A DNA stretch of 64,000 nucleotides, taken from NCBI RefSeq assembly GCF_006345805.1, contig NC_042998.1:135594001-135658000 (forward strand), given 5' to 3'. The translations under genes and the position numbers were made by a program. Below are positions 12,791 through 25,453 of the stretch, in pieces (the stretch's first letter is position 1; every line of letters starts with the position of its first letter). This DNA is from Octopus sinensis. Taxonomy: Eukaryota. The notes beneath the pieces are model-generated. The model ran no database searches, had not been told where the DNA came from, and saw only the letters and a list, made by a program, of their open reading frames with translations.

Positions 12791-15004
12791 AAACAAAACT
12801 GAGGATACTGACTTGGTTTAATTAAGAGCGAAAGGTTGTTCCAGACTAAATATTTTTTTCCAATTTCGGTACAATACCAGCAATTTTAAAAGCAGTGGGA
12901 AATCCAATTACATCGACCTCTGTGCTCAAATGTTACTTACGTTATCGACTCCGAAAGGATGAATGGCAAAGTCGACCTCAGCAGAATTTGAACTCAACGT
13001 AAAACGCCGGAATTAGAGAAGATAATATTGATTCCTTACTTAGGAGCACAAATATATGGAAGATATGAAGATTAGGCAATATTCAAGCCCTTTAGATATA
13101 ATAGAGTTGCTGCCAATAGTAAATTGCTCGCAGAGGAAGTTCCTCGGGAACTTAAGAAGGGTCATACTCACCAAATATAAATACTGTATTTGATGGCATA
13201 TAGGACTCACACTTTTCTTTCTATAAAAAAAATCCCCAAATAAAATAAAATAAATCACCCCGGGTCTTCTATGAGAAGCTGAGCCTCCCATAAGTTCTTC
13301 GGAATATGCGCTGCCGAAATTAGGTTGCGTTTCGTGAGTGTCTTTTATGCCAGCAAATACGGTATAAACAGTTTTAGTCAACGAACCATATCAATCGGGA
13401 CAAAATTGTAGAGTAAATTAGTCAGACCTTCCAACACAGAAGTAAAAATAAAAACAACTTTAAACAGTAGGAAGAGGAGAGTGAACTCTGAATAACAATA
13501 TCAAAATAGTGACTGCTGTATCAAGGCGTGTTTGATTACCTGTTGCGCTATGAAGGTGGACGTGAAGTTGCCCACATTGACATTCAACTACGTTTAAGAC
13601 AAGCCCAGCAGTTAGTACCATAACTATATATATATAGTGTCAGTAGAAATTGATAAAGAACGAAAACAAGGCCTCGTTTAAAACAAAGTATATAACAAGA
13701 TTAAATGAAATTAAATAACTTTATCACAAGAGGCACCTGTTCACATCTTGTCTAACCGACCAATCACCTAGACTGTAACAAATACCTGTCGGAAGTTGTC
13801 ACATGGTATAAAACAGGTGTGCTAATTTTTTCTTCTTTTCTTCTTCTTAGTATTATATTCCGTGTCCCACATCCTGGTGTGAATGAGGTAGGTAAGCCAG
13901 CTATGCTTTATTCTGCATTCTCCTATTTATTTCTAAAGCATTTATATTGTTTTCATTGAAGTGTCATGAATTTTCTAGAAATATAATTTAATAACTTGTA
14001 AATAGGATCGAGTAATTTTGTTCGTGGAAAACCTGTACATGTACCCACCTATACCTGTGTATTGTATTTTGTTGATCACGCCGGATACACGAACCTTATT
14101 AACATGGCGACTAAAGGCTTGCGTAAAAATGTTTTAACTTTTAATTCACCTTTCTGAAATGCAGCTGCTCTAGTCATTTATTTTGAATGACTTTTTCAGT
14201 ATAACTTCTTGAACTTTTAATGTCATCTACGAGTTTCTAAACAACGTGTGAGTAACTTAAATCAAGAAGTTTCTCTCTGCCGAGTGGTAATAATTCTTCT
14301 TAGTAGTTTGTAAATATTTTCAAGTTTAGTTTAAATGAACAACTGCATTCCGTGTATTTCTTACTAGTTTAAATTTAACAATTTACAGAATTTCATGGCA
14401 CTATAATTTTGTCTGTTTATTTTTATCGTTGCTGCTGACGTTCAGATCCCAAATAGCTCCTGGTCAGTGGGGCATGTGATCAAAGATGTCTTTGCCACAC
14501 CCTCTTGCTCTTTTTAAAGGGTATATGAAGATACATTATCCAGTAGGGCCCCTTATCCCAACACGGTACAGGATATGATAGTTTTGTGAAAATGACTGCT
14601 GTTTCTAGCAAGTCCAGCAACCAGGTTAACACATCCTCGACGGGGCGTTATTTGTTTAGTTTTTATCTCTTATTGAACAAGGCCATCACTCGCTCTTATT
14701 AAAAGGCCTAGTTCACATTGATTTATTTGAAAATACAAAGCACAATCATAAAAATAGCGTGGTCGAATAAAATGTAACAGAAGGTGATAAGATCTACGAA
14801 ACAAATAAAATCAACACTTGAAACGCTTGAGTAGTTTCTAAGGCTGTGGGATACTGTGTATCTATATATAGGTGACGCGCGAAGTTTTAGAAACTACCTG
14901 TTACTTTTCGGACACAAATTAGTTGGGTTAATTGCATCCATTTGTTTATATTGTATTATAATTATAATTATTATTATTCCAATTATGATTGTTATTAGAG
15001 AGAA

Positions 15005-15400
15005 GGATTGGTAGAATGGTTAGAGCATCGATCTTGCAGTATTTCTTCCGCTTCTTTACGTTCTGAATTCAAATCTCAGCGAGGTCGTCTTGGCCTTTCA
15101 TTCATGCGGGGTCTAGTACTGGGGTCGATGTAATCAGCGCCCCCATCCTTCATCTTAGAACTATTGTGTTTGTTCCGACATTAGAAACGAATATTACCGG
15201 ACGACGGATTGGCAGAATCGTTAGAGCGCCAGACAAAATGCCGTGCGATATTTTGTTCCGATTCTTTATGTACTGAATTCAAATCCTTTCGAGGTCACTT
15301 TTTACCTTTCGTCTTTTCGTGGTCGATAACATAAAGTACTAAGCACGTGCGGGGGACAACGTTATCGAATAACTTCTCCCTTCAAAATTGTTAGCTTTGT
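15005..15400 (+). mobile_element. Two tandem family-1 SINEs
   Basis: GGATTGGCAGAATCGTTAGAGCG...GAATTCAAATC motifs occur twice. Confidence 0.7.
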
Positions 15401-15629
15401 CTCCTAAGTTAGAAATATTTTGAGGTCTAATGCGGGAATCAAAGGACAGCGCTGTTTTTCGGACGTAAATACTCAACCTTTTTATTGTATCATATGGATG
15501 GATTATCATTTGTGTTTACATTCATATGCGATAGATATGTCACTGTTGAACCTTTGGTTAGCGATGAGTGAGTAGAGCTAGAATCCAAAACGTCCCAGTC
15601 GTGCATTTCTCCACTTCCTTTTCAGATTA

Positions 15630-15824
15630 TACAAGGGGTTAATGGAAAGTTCCTGGCTAAAGAAAATACAGGAGGATCAGTTATGATTTTATTGAATATA
15701 TTCCCCCCTCTCATATTCATATACTTATTGTAGCAGTCCTTAAGTTTTTCTAAACCCCGTAAAAGAACTAGAAAAGCCTTTCGCGACACCCTTAAAGCCA
15801 GGAACTTTTCAACACCCACTCGTA
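15630..15824. mobile_element. Tc1/mariner-type MITE (~195 bp)
   Basis: TIRs TACAAGGGGTTAATGGAAAGTTCCTGGCT / AGCCAGGAACTTTTCAACACCCACTCGTA, flanked by TA on both sides. Confidence 0.75.
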
Positions 15825-16145
15825 TAGTGCACTCTAATCCTAGCTGTTCTTTTCTTAAGACTGCAAGGTGTGTGTGTGTTGATGGAAATTTGGCTGCAAT
15901 TTCCAGTAGACAGACTATATTTACTGGCCCTTCATTGAATTGATTTCCTTTCTCTCTCTCTCACGCACACATACTTGGGAACGGTCATCTTTTGCTACTT
16001 AAACACACGCACTATTAGTGCGTGTGTCTAATTGGCATAAGAAATAATCAAGTATATAACAATGTTTCAACACACGTTTTCACATCAAGAATCTTGCAAA
16101 ACAAATAAATGTGTGTGCATATATATATATATAATCTGCGCTCTT

Positions 16146-16280
16146 GAAGAATAGTCAGAACTTATCCAGTGCACCAAAAATCATAATTTCGTCGGACATG
16201 TTATAAGCATCATAGTTTACAAACACTCTCCCAAAACTGCCGTTTTTTAATGCACTGGATAATTTCTGACTCTATTCTTC
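16146..16280. mobile_element. Short foldback element / MITE with ~28-bp terminal inverted repeats
   Basis: GAAGAATAGTCAGAACTTATCCAGTGCA ... TGCACTGGATAATTTCTGACTCTATTCTTC; no clear TSD. Confidence 0.55.
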
Positions 16281-16317
16281 CGAATCGTTTCGGTTTAACT
16301 GAATTGGGAAAATAATT

Positions 16318-16516
16318 GAAGTTTAGCATTTAAATCGGCCATATCGAGACCTTATGTTGAATGCAGCCTAATCTGATTCCTTAAACCTACTTTACAATGC
16401 CATTCTAAAAATATCATTGAAACCTCAGAGCTACAAGACAGCGCATGATTAATCCAAAATATGTGGATGAAAAAAGCTTTACATTTGACGGAGTATGCTG
16501 AATGCTAAAGGGCTAA
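16318..16516. mobile_element. Degenerate piggyBac-like MITE
   Basis: Ends TTTAGCATT.../...GAATGCTAAAGGGCTAA resemble TTAA-CCCTTTAGCATT termini; the left end is decayed. Confidence 0.4.
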
Positions 16517-16854
16517 ATAGAAATATTTATTGGTTGTGAGCTGCCAAGGAATGGTTTGAACACTGGATTACATATGTTATATCAATCTGTTCAGCTTGTG
16601 TTCGGTTTCTTTATTAACCACAAGGGCCCAATATTCAGCTTGTGTTCAGATTGCACGGTAATAAACTTCGTGTTTTCAATATTTTCCAGGTTTGAGAAGG
16701 AGGCGGTCAGTATATACATTGTAGTACCAGTAATATACTAATGGTTTCAGTAAACTGTAAACGTTAGTTTTATGCCGACATAAAAGGCGCGTTACGTGTT
16801 TCAGGTGTAAAAATATCAACAATTAGGAAGAAAGAAAAAGAAATCATTATTTAG

Positions 16855-17740
16855 GGCGGTAGATTAACAGGATTGTTAGAGCGTCAGATGTGCAGTATTT
16901 AGATAACGGTTCTCTGTTAGAATTTCAAATCCCGCCGAGGTCAACTTTACCTTCCGTCCCTTTGGAGTCGATAAAATAAAGTACCAGTAAAATACTGATA
17001 TCGATATAGTTGGCTTATAACTTCCCTTTCCAAATGTTAGAAATAATTATTTTCACTTGATTGCGATGTGTGTGTATAGGATCAGGAGATCGTCAAACTT
17101 AATATCTTGTATTTAGTTACATCTCTTTATGCTGTAAGTTCGAATCTCACCCAGGTCGACTTTGCTTTTCATGCTTTTAAGACCATACATTTGAGACCAA
17201 TAAAATAGAGTAATACCAGTCAAATTGTTCCGATTAGACCAACTAAATACCTGCCAACTCGAAAAGTGTAACCTTAATGTCAGTTAGAAATCACTTCTGG
17301 TAATTTACATACTGAGTTCAAATCTTATCGCGATCAACTTTGTTTTTTATACTTCTTGGGTCGGTACAGCACCACTCAAAGTGTTGGGTTCGAAATAATC
17401 GACTGTCTTCCTCTTCAAAAACTTCAGGCAATATGCCTACAATGTTTACGCTCTGAGTTCAAGTCCTGCCGGCTTCAACTTTCATCCTTCGGGGTTTGAT
17501 ATATTCGCCTGTCCCTTCCCTCCACACACGTATAAGCTTTAAGTCTTGTGCCTAATTAGAAACAAACGAGGGCGGCAGATTGGCAGAATCATTATACAAA
17601 ATGTTTTACTCTACTATTCTCACTCTTTACATTCTAAGTTGAAATCCTGTGGAAGTCAACTTTACTTTTCATCATTCGTACCTATAAAATATTCGGGTCG
17701 GATATAATTAAGAATTCCCTACCTTAACATTTCTAGTTTT
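16855..17740 (+). mobile_element. Cluster of ~5 degenerate family-1 SINEs, all plus strand
   Basis: Repeated GAGTTCAAAT..(C)GCCGAGGTCAACTTT(G/A)C..TTTCATC segments. Confidence 0.65.
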
Positions 17741-18348
17741 TGCCCACATATTACAAACAGTTATTCTGTTTATTACATGCCCCAGCTAGAGCCATATTGT
17801 CTGTTTGCTAATTGATATACAAAATTGAAGAATTTTAGAAGTTTTTGTTTTGCTTCAGAACTATTTTGATCGTTTCGTCCATGACCATCCCACCTTATTT
17901 ACTGAAGGTGTGATTTGCGGGAGATTTGGCTGCTATTTCTAGCAGGTCAAATGACGACTTAGCCTCGTTCTTTTAAATATCGTTTGTATGTCAATGTGAA
18001 GCTTTCAATTTCCTCAATCAGATTTATCAATAACACACACACACAAAATGTGTGTGTGTGTTCAGTCGATACTAATTTTCATTGTAAGTTAACAATTAGT
18101 TTATATTAATCGATATTTGTATATCGTCAATGTAGATGTTTTTTTTTTACACTTGACACAGATCTTAGACCTTGTGTGTGCATGTATATAGCCGACTCAA
18201 CTGTAGTATTACATGAATATGAGGGCACACTACTACTAAACTGTATAAAGCTATGAGCAGGAAAAGAAGACAAGACGGTCAAGTTTCGACAAATGTATTT
18301 TCATTTGTTTGTCATTTGACTGTGGTCATACTGTAGCATCGTAGCTCT

Positions 18349-18464
<116 letters not shown>

Positions 18465-19089
18465 GCGAGAGAAATGACATTTCCTATTTTAAAATATATC
18501 ATTGACTCCTAATTTTCTGACACTCATAAGTGACCTGCGTTAAGAACACATCCGAATGATGTTTTTTTTTTTTTTTTTCAACGATCATACATTTTACAGG
18601 TGTAAAAATTGAAAATAACGATAGTTTTTGCTAACGTTAGATTTCATTGAATTCATTTTGCAAATCATATTTAATCATTTGCATGTTGAACTTATTTTCT
18701 TTTTTCATTTGTAAACATTTTGTGTAAAAAACCCCCCCAAAAAAACAGGAGTATATATCTGCGTATGTATATGCGTATGCATTTTTCCTGAGAGTGGTCT
18801 ATGTAAATTTGCATTCTACAATTAGGTTATCAAAATTATATATATCATCCAACGGTATTTTGTAATCGGCTAAAATCGGCTGAAGCTGGACAAACTGATA
18901 AGCTGGTATTAAATGTTAGAACGATTTTTTTTGTTGCTTTAAATATCGATTTATGATAATGAACTAGTTAAATACGTTGTCCTGACACTGTCACTTAAAA
19001 GTTTATATAAATTTTCCAGTCTTAACAACATAATTATTCAACAGGCGAACACACAACTACGTAATATGTAACGAGCTGAATAGTTGTTT

Positions 19090-19378
19090 GTGTGCGTCTA
19101 TATATGTGTGTCTGTATGTGTGTATGTATGTATGTATGTATATATGTATGTATGTATGTATATATGTATGTATATATGTATGTATGTGTGTATGTGTGTA
19201 TGTGTGTATGTGTCTGTGTGTATGTATGTATGTATGTGTATGTGTGTGTATGTATGTATGTGTGTGTATGTATGTATGTATGTATGTATGTGTATGTATG
19301 TATGTGTATGTATGTATATATGTATGTGTATGTATGTATATATGTATATATATGTATGTATATATGTATGTATATATG

Positions 19379-19414
<36 letters not shown>

Positions 19415-19558
19415 TGTATGTATGTATGTATGTATGTATGCATGTATGTATGTATGCATGTATGTGTATGTATGTATGCATGTATGTATGTATGCATGTA
19501 TGTGTATGCATGTATGTGTATGTATGTATGTATGTATGTGTATGTATGTATGTATGTA

Positions 19559-19591
<33 letters not shown>

Positions 19592-19636
19592 ATGTATATG
19601 TATGTATGTATATATATAAGTATATGTGTGTGTGTA
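19090..19636. repeat. (TATG/TG/TA)n compound microsatellite
   Basis: Direct reading; it is the source of the overlapping HTYI/MYVC ORFs. Confidence 0.98.
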
Positions 19637-20094
19637 ATAGCAGTTTGACTTAGTTCCGAGGACGCGTTCGACCCACCCACATTATCAGATGTCAGAAGTC
19701 ATATATACACACACGCACATACACCTCTCTCTCTAGCTTTATAGTTCACTCAGTTAATGTTTGTACAATAATGCAATATTTTTGTAGTAATTCCATTTGG
19801 TTTACTCAGATGCTAAATATCTAACTTCAAACTAAAGGTAGATATGATAACCGAATTATCGTCAATAGCATATATTTGGAACAACTACTACAGCAAAACT
19901 ATCTATAAACCCAGTGGATTACAGCTGACTGCAACGATTGATTTACACCATCTGGTAATAAATGAAATATATAGCTAAAAGTTCATGTAATTGTTAAGAC
20001 GTTATAATTGACACACATTGCTTAATGACGATTAAAACTGCATCGCCGAACACTTAACTGGCCTATAAGGCATAATAAGCTTGCGAGGTAATTG

Positions 20095-20330
20095 CCAGGT
20101 GACTGTTCGACCTGCTAGAAATAGCAGCCAAGTCACCCTCAGATTGTATTCTTTCAACTTAAAAAAAAAAAAAAATCAATGGATATACTGCAGAGTATCG
20201 TTCAAGGAACACAGTTTCCTGACAAAAAAAAAAAAAGAAAAAAAAAAGCTGGGATGATCATGGCTGAATTAATTTGAATAAAGATACGCCTATTTGATTA
20301 GGGCTGCCTTAGGGTTATCAGATTACTATC
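20095..20330 (+). repeat. Interspersed repeat family 4 (core GACCTGCTAGAAATAGCAGCCAAATC), probably a retroposon 3' end
   Basis: The core motif recurs in both orientations at ~4095, 4630, 8335, 14600, 17925, 25105, 28105, 32665, 44905, 45105, 49440, 53120 and 54210. Confidence 0.7.
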
Positions 20331-20744
20331 ACTGACCCACTGCCAGTATATGTGTATTATTACTCCTTTAAATGTACTGCCCCAGAGCCAACTGTGTGCT
20401 GTGAATTAAATGTGAATATTTTCATCACTGCCATTAGTTACACATGAATGTCTCTTTTAATACTCCTCTAGTTGATAAAAAAGTTGTCATTTATTGGACT
20501 TGCGAAAGCAAGGACATTAAAGAATGTTATGTTTGTTGTTTCTTACTTTGAAGTTATATTGTTGTTTAGTGTCAGGTTAGCCTTGAACAAGTAGATTTAT
20601 GACCAGAGGTATTTTAACCGTAACCTCTCTTTTTTAGACATAGGTTATATGAAATTTTATCAATAGTAGAACGCAATTTTACATAGATGCGATTTAGCTA
20701 GTTCTAGCAGGTCGTATACCTGAGCAAAATTTCATACTTATATG

Positions 20745-22564
20745 CATATATATATATATATATATATAGCGCGCGCGCATGTTCCTTATGCATTCGAAAA
20801 TTGAGTTGCCGATTTTGGCGTATAGGGTATCAAAAGATTTAGTAATCTTTCGGCTGCCAAATAAACTGTTTATGGCACAACTGTTTTCACTACTAAAATA
20901 ACCTCGGAAACGAGATCGGGTCGCACAATTTTGAGTCATTTTCGGCCAATATTTCGATTCGCTTCTAATGGTTCACTTTCGTCGGATGTTTCACGCACGC
21001 ACGCGCACACGCACACGCACCACACACACATACATGCCCATTTCAGATGCAAGTACATACATCTTTCACTTTCTGCTCTTACTTCAAAGCAAATGTTGCC
21101 TTTTCGCTTTCTCCTCTCTTTCAATTTCTGCACTCTTCAAAGCATAAAGAAAAAAAAAAATTACGGAAATTAACGAACAGTCATATAACCCTATATGATC
21201 GAGTAGACAACTTTGCCGTTTCAAACGAAAGAATGCCATGAAGTAACTTCTTTTGGCACGCGCTCACTCTCTGTGTAAAATCTGTACGAGTTATTTCTTG
21301 CTGTGCGTACGCGCAGAATTACAGCCCAAATCCAATTGAAACGACCTTTTTCTATTTTGTAATTCGTGTATTTAAAAACCTGATCTTCGATAGAAACTTA
21401 AAAGGAAGATTTTCCAGAAACTCTGTCCTTTACCTGTTTTTAGCATGTCCAAGGTGACATTTGCGCCCCACCCCCATTTTTTCCTAAGTTTCCTTCGATT
21501 TCTATGATTTCGATACAGGAGATTAGGATTTGGCCCCCCCCCCCAACACGTTCTCAATATTTTAATTTTCTCCCTCCCCACCCCAATTTCATTTTTTTTT
21601 TTTACTTTTTAAAAATTTTTGCTTCGAAATTCACGAAGAAAAAAAAGCAGCACGAATCTTTAAGAATTTTCATCCTTTTTTCTTAACGAAACACTAAAAT
21701 CTCCTTCCCAAACACCCACCCATCATCTCACCACTTTCAAAAAGCTACAAACTCCCAATATTTCTTTTATATCCCACAACAGGTTGGTATAGATAAATAT
21801 GCAGAGGAAGTTAATCAATGTGTTCGCACGACGTACTTCGCGAGGCTACCAAAACGCTCTCTCCTCTGCTACCGAGCACTACTCTTTATAAGAGTTCGGC
21901 TAATCCATTCTCCAATCCGCCAGGGGTGTCAATGGCTCTCGCCATAACAATTTCACTTTTAGCTTTTTGAAAAGCTAGGAAGTTTCTTGAGAAATAATGT
22001 CGTTTACCTGTTTTTAGCATGTCGGGTTTTCTGGTGGTGGTCTGGTATTTTTTACGTATTTTATTTCAATACAATTCTACGCATGCGTGAAACACCAGAC
22101 GAAAGTGAAACATTGGGAGATTTTCGCTTTTTGAAAGCGGGTAGGGGAAGGGGGCATTGAGTGTTTTTAAAAAAAAAAAAATATTTCTCAGATTCGTAAT
22201 CTCTGTATTTCTCTACGTGGATGATAAAAAAAAATTCGAAAAAGTGTTACAAATGAAGAAGTTGCGGTGGGGACGAAGTGAAATTAAAATTTTGAAAACG
22301 TGATTTCTGGGTAAAATCGTATTAACCCCCCTTTTATACGATGAAACAATTCATAGTTTGTGATCTTAAGAACAATGCACTTTCATGCAAACCCATGCAA
22401 ATTGTACCCTCCCCACCTTCACTTTTAAACAAACAATAACTTTCATTACGCCAGTAATCCCGTTCACTATGTATCAGCTGTACCGATTCTGCCCATAAGA
22501 AAGGAATAAATTATACAATGTGGCTGTAGGTCATAACACCCGGTCAAAGCCGGGAGCGCACTAC
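20745..22564 (+). mobile_element. Putative non-autonomous Helitron (~1.8 kb)
   Basis: 3' hairpin CCCGGTCAAAGCCGGG followed 6 nt later by CTAC (degenerate CTAG). The 5' end lies in a TA run, as in the other Helitrons here; that boundary is uncertain. Confidence 0.5.
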
Positions 22565-22618
22565 AATGTGTGTGTGTGTGTGTGTGTGTATGCACACATG
22601 CTTTGTTCTCGGGATACC

Positions 22619-23044
22619 GGCCGGCCGCGAAATTTTTTCCCACGAGTTTCCGGAACCCCCAGTATTGAACTCATTTGCATACAGCCAGAGTTCACCTTGA
22701 CCTTTTCAAGTTAACATATTCTACCAAGTAAACTCAAGATGAAGAACAGTGTTGTAAATCGACCGATCGCCAAGTTATGCCTGATTAGATAGATTTGCAT
22801 CTATACCTATTATCGGAGTAAACAATAACAAGAATAACTACACAGAGGCAGCCGTGGTTGAAACAAAAGCAACAAACATTATTAAGAGAAAAGAAACATG
22901 GTCATTCCTTAATCAAGTAACCTTACCGCCCATCACTTATGCACTCATAAATTAGTTTGATAGTTGATCTCTGATTGGCTGTATGCAAATAAGTTTATAA
23001 CTGGGGTCCGAAACTCTCGTGGGAAAAAATTTTCGCCAGCCAGC
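22619..23044. mobile_element. MITE with ~75-bp terminal inverted repeats
   Basis: GGCCGGCCGCGAAATTTTTTCCCACGAGTTTCCGGAACCCCCAGTATTGAACTCATTTGCATACAGCCA versus the reverse complement of TGGCTGTATGCAAATAAGTTTATAACTGGGGTCCGAAACTCTCGTGGGAAAAAATTTTCGCCAGCCAGC; no TSD recognised. Confidence 0.8.
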
Positions 23045-23119
23045 TTGGAAGAGACATACGTAGAAATACTTTTCTGGCGATAAATTATAGAAAAATCAGT
23101 TGAGCCCAACAACCCCAAA

Positions 23120-23930
23120 CCGTATAGTTTTCATTAACTTTACCAAGGTTTTTGAAAGCACACACCTTTCATCGCTTTGGAGTGTCCTAGATTGCAGCCC
23201 TATCCAGAAGGATTATTTATCCTCCTTAAATCTACACTTGCAGGTTTATAATTTGTTATGAAGACTTATGTTGGTACGAGTAGATTTGTGGAGACAATAA
23301 AAGGCATTAAACAAGGTCACATTTTGTCGGTTCTTTTTTTTTAATTATTATTTAGTATTGGCTAAAGAAGAAAATAGTAGTGGTATCTCTGTAGAGGTTA
23401 AATGATCCTTAAACCTATGTAGATGACATTGCTGCAATTAACAATGACATTACTAGCGTTCAATATTTCAGCATTTCATTAGTCACTTAGCTGCAAATGT
23501 AAAAGTAGGTCTCCAAATTAATCTTGATAAGACTAAGTGCATGACTACGGATAAGAGAGAGAGCAAAGCCTTGGAATAACAATTTAGGGCAGACCTTTAA
23601 AGCAAGCAGGAGAAATTTTCTATCTAGGGCATAAGCTGTCGATTTCAAACAAAAAGATTGCTGTCAGTCGCAGAATTGCGCTGGCATGGTCAGCTTTTTC
23701 TAAAAGGAATATTACCTTTGCAACTGAAATCGAATACCAGTTAAAGATAAAATATGTAACATTTGCATTGTCCTTGGAGTTTTAAATGGACTAGATTGGT
23801 TCACGTGATCTGAAAACAAAAAATTGAAATATTTCAGATAATATATCATGAGACAAACTGACAGTTAAAATATTAAATCTGCAATAAATGACACTTTCGT
23901 TTGTAAAGTTAAAAGCATATCTTTAAAACA
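23120..23930 (+). mobile_element. Decayed non-LTR retrotransposon RT fragment (RTE-like)
   Basis: Frameshifted motifs FINFTKVFES, GIKQGHILS, TYVDDI (YADD-like), GLQINLDKTKCM, FYLG, VSRRIALAWSAF. Confidence 0.75.
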
Positions 23931-23948
23931 GTCTAGCTACACCAAACT

Positions 23949-24000
23949 CAGACTTTCTCGGTGACTCAACGGGTCACGAGTAGTCTAGTATTTATATATA
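23949..24000. other. 52-bp templated insertion, an inverted copy of 24838..24889, flanked by a 12-bp direct repeat
   Basis: CTACACCAAACT at 23937..23948 and 24001..24012; 23944..24000 is the exact reverse complement of 24838..24894. Confidence 0.9.
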
Positions 24001-24452
24001 CTACACCAAACTTTCAACTTGTGATTTTTCTAAGATACTTTGAAAGAAAATCCGAGGATTTTGCAATGTAAGCAGGAGATCATATCCTACAATAGTCTCA
24101 ATAATCATGGATGGAACTCAATGTAATGGCAACGAACAGAGACGTGACTGTGTGGTAAGAAGCCTCCTTCTCAACCCACTGCTATCGAATGAACACCTTG
24201 GTAATTTTTTCTAAAAAAAAATAAATAAAAAAATAGTAATTTTAAGAGAAATTCAAGTTATGTACAGACAATCTGTTTTTAATGAATGTACATATTGACT
24301 GTACAATACAGTAGCAAAGTTGTTAGGGCAAAAGTGTGTGTGTGTGGGGGGGGGGAGAAATAGTTCTTTTTCATAAAGATAGATTATGCTTCTCCTGCTA
24401 CGTTTTAATGATTTATAGCAATAAACCCCAAATTTGGAAGAAAGTTTTAGTC

Positions 24453-24600
24453 TAGTGGTTCTCAGTCTGCGGTCCGCAAAGGTAGCACTGGGGGGTCCGT
24501 GAACATGTTAAGCTGACAGACCTTTCAATATCCTGGAGTCCGTGGGTAAACTCATTCACATAAAAGTGGTCCTTGGTAGTGAAAAGGTTGGAAACCACTG
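24453..24600. mobile_element. hAT/Charlie-like MITE
   Basis: TAGTGGTTCTCA... / ...GGTTGGAAACCACTG termini; flanks TTTTAGTC / TTATGGTC may be a degenerate 8-bp TSD. Confidence 0.65.
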
Positions 24601-24849
24601 TTATGGTCCATTAAAATCAACTTCCAATACTTAGCTGGTCCATATCTTATCGATCTTCAGAAGAATGAAAGGCCAGGCCGACCTCAGTGTAAATAGAACG
24701 TAAACGTATGCTACTAAATATAGCACAGTAGCAAAACTGGCCCAAAAAAGTTTTTCTTTTTATACTTATACAACTTTGCTATATTTACCAGCATACATTT
24801 ACGTTCTAATCCCACTGAGGTCGACCTAGCATTTCATTATATATAAATA

Positions 24850-25453
24850 CTAGACTACTCGTGACCCGTTGAGTCACCGAGAAAGTCTGAGTTTCCCAGT
24901 AATGGAGTTTTGTTTCGTGGGAATTTTTTTCTTTTCCATGTTATTTCGCATGCTTTCAACAAATGTAACATCGAAATCACGCGCAAACGGGTCCTTTCCC
25001 CAGAAAAAGAAAGATTTGGTTGCTATTCTTTGCATATCCTGCTACCACGTAACAGGTGCTTCGGGTCCTTTATCGCAAATGGTTGTTACGTGGTTTCAGG
25101 GTGTGCTAGAAATAGCAGCCAAATCTTTGAGGGTGAGATACGTTGAATGCACTCGAAAAAAACCTATGGAAACAAATTATTTCACACCGAGGTTACAAAC
25201 GGGTCTTTTGCAAAACATTTACCGTATTTTTGAAATCATTTTCACTTTAGAATATATTTTTTAAATGCTCCCCCACCCCCAAATATTTGCATTGGTATTC
25301 ACTTGAAAATAATTTTAAAAAAAAGCAAAAATATTGTCTACTTAATTCATAGTATTTTCCAGTTATTCGCCAATTTGGCTGGGTAACATTGCAAGCAAGA
25401 TTCAAGCTCACTTTTAAAACATTACACACACACACACACACATATATATATAG
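24850..25453 (-). mobile_element. Non-autonomous Helitron
   Basis: Minus-strand 3' end has hairpin TCGGTGAC-TCAACGG-GTCACGA then GTAGT CTAG|T. The 5' end lies near a (CA)n(TA)n run at ~25450 (uncertain). A family-4 fragment is nested at ~25040-25150. Confidence 0.65.

Noticed and set aside
13040-13381. 113-aa minus-strand ORF
   Set aside because: No ATG start or recognisable domain, and it runs through donor-like and T-rich intronic sequence.
19034-19680. Six ORFs of 137-207 aa
   Set aside because: Microsatellite translations.
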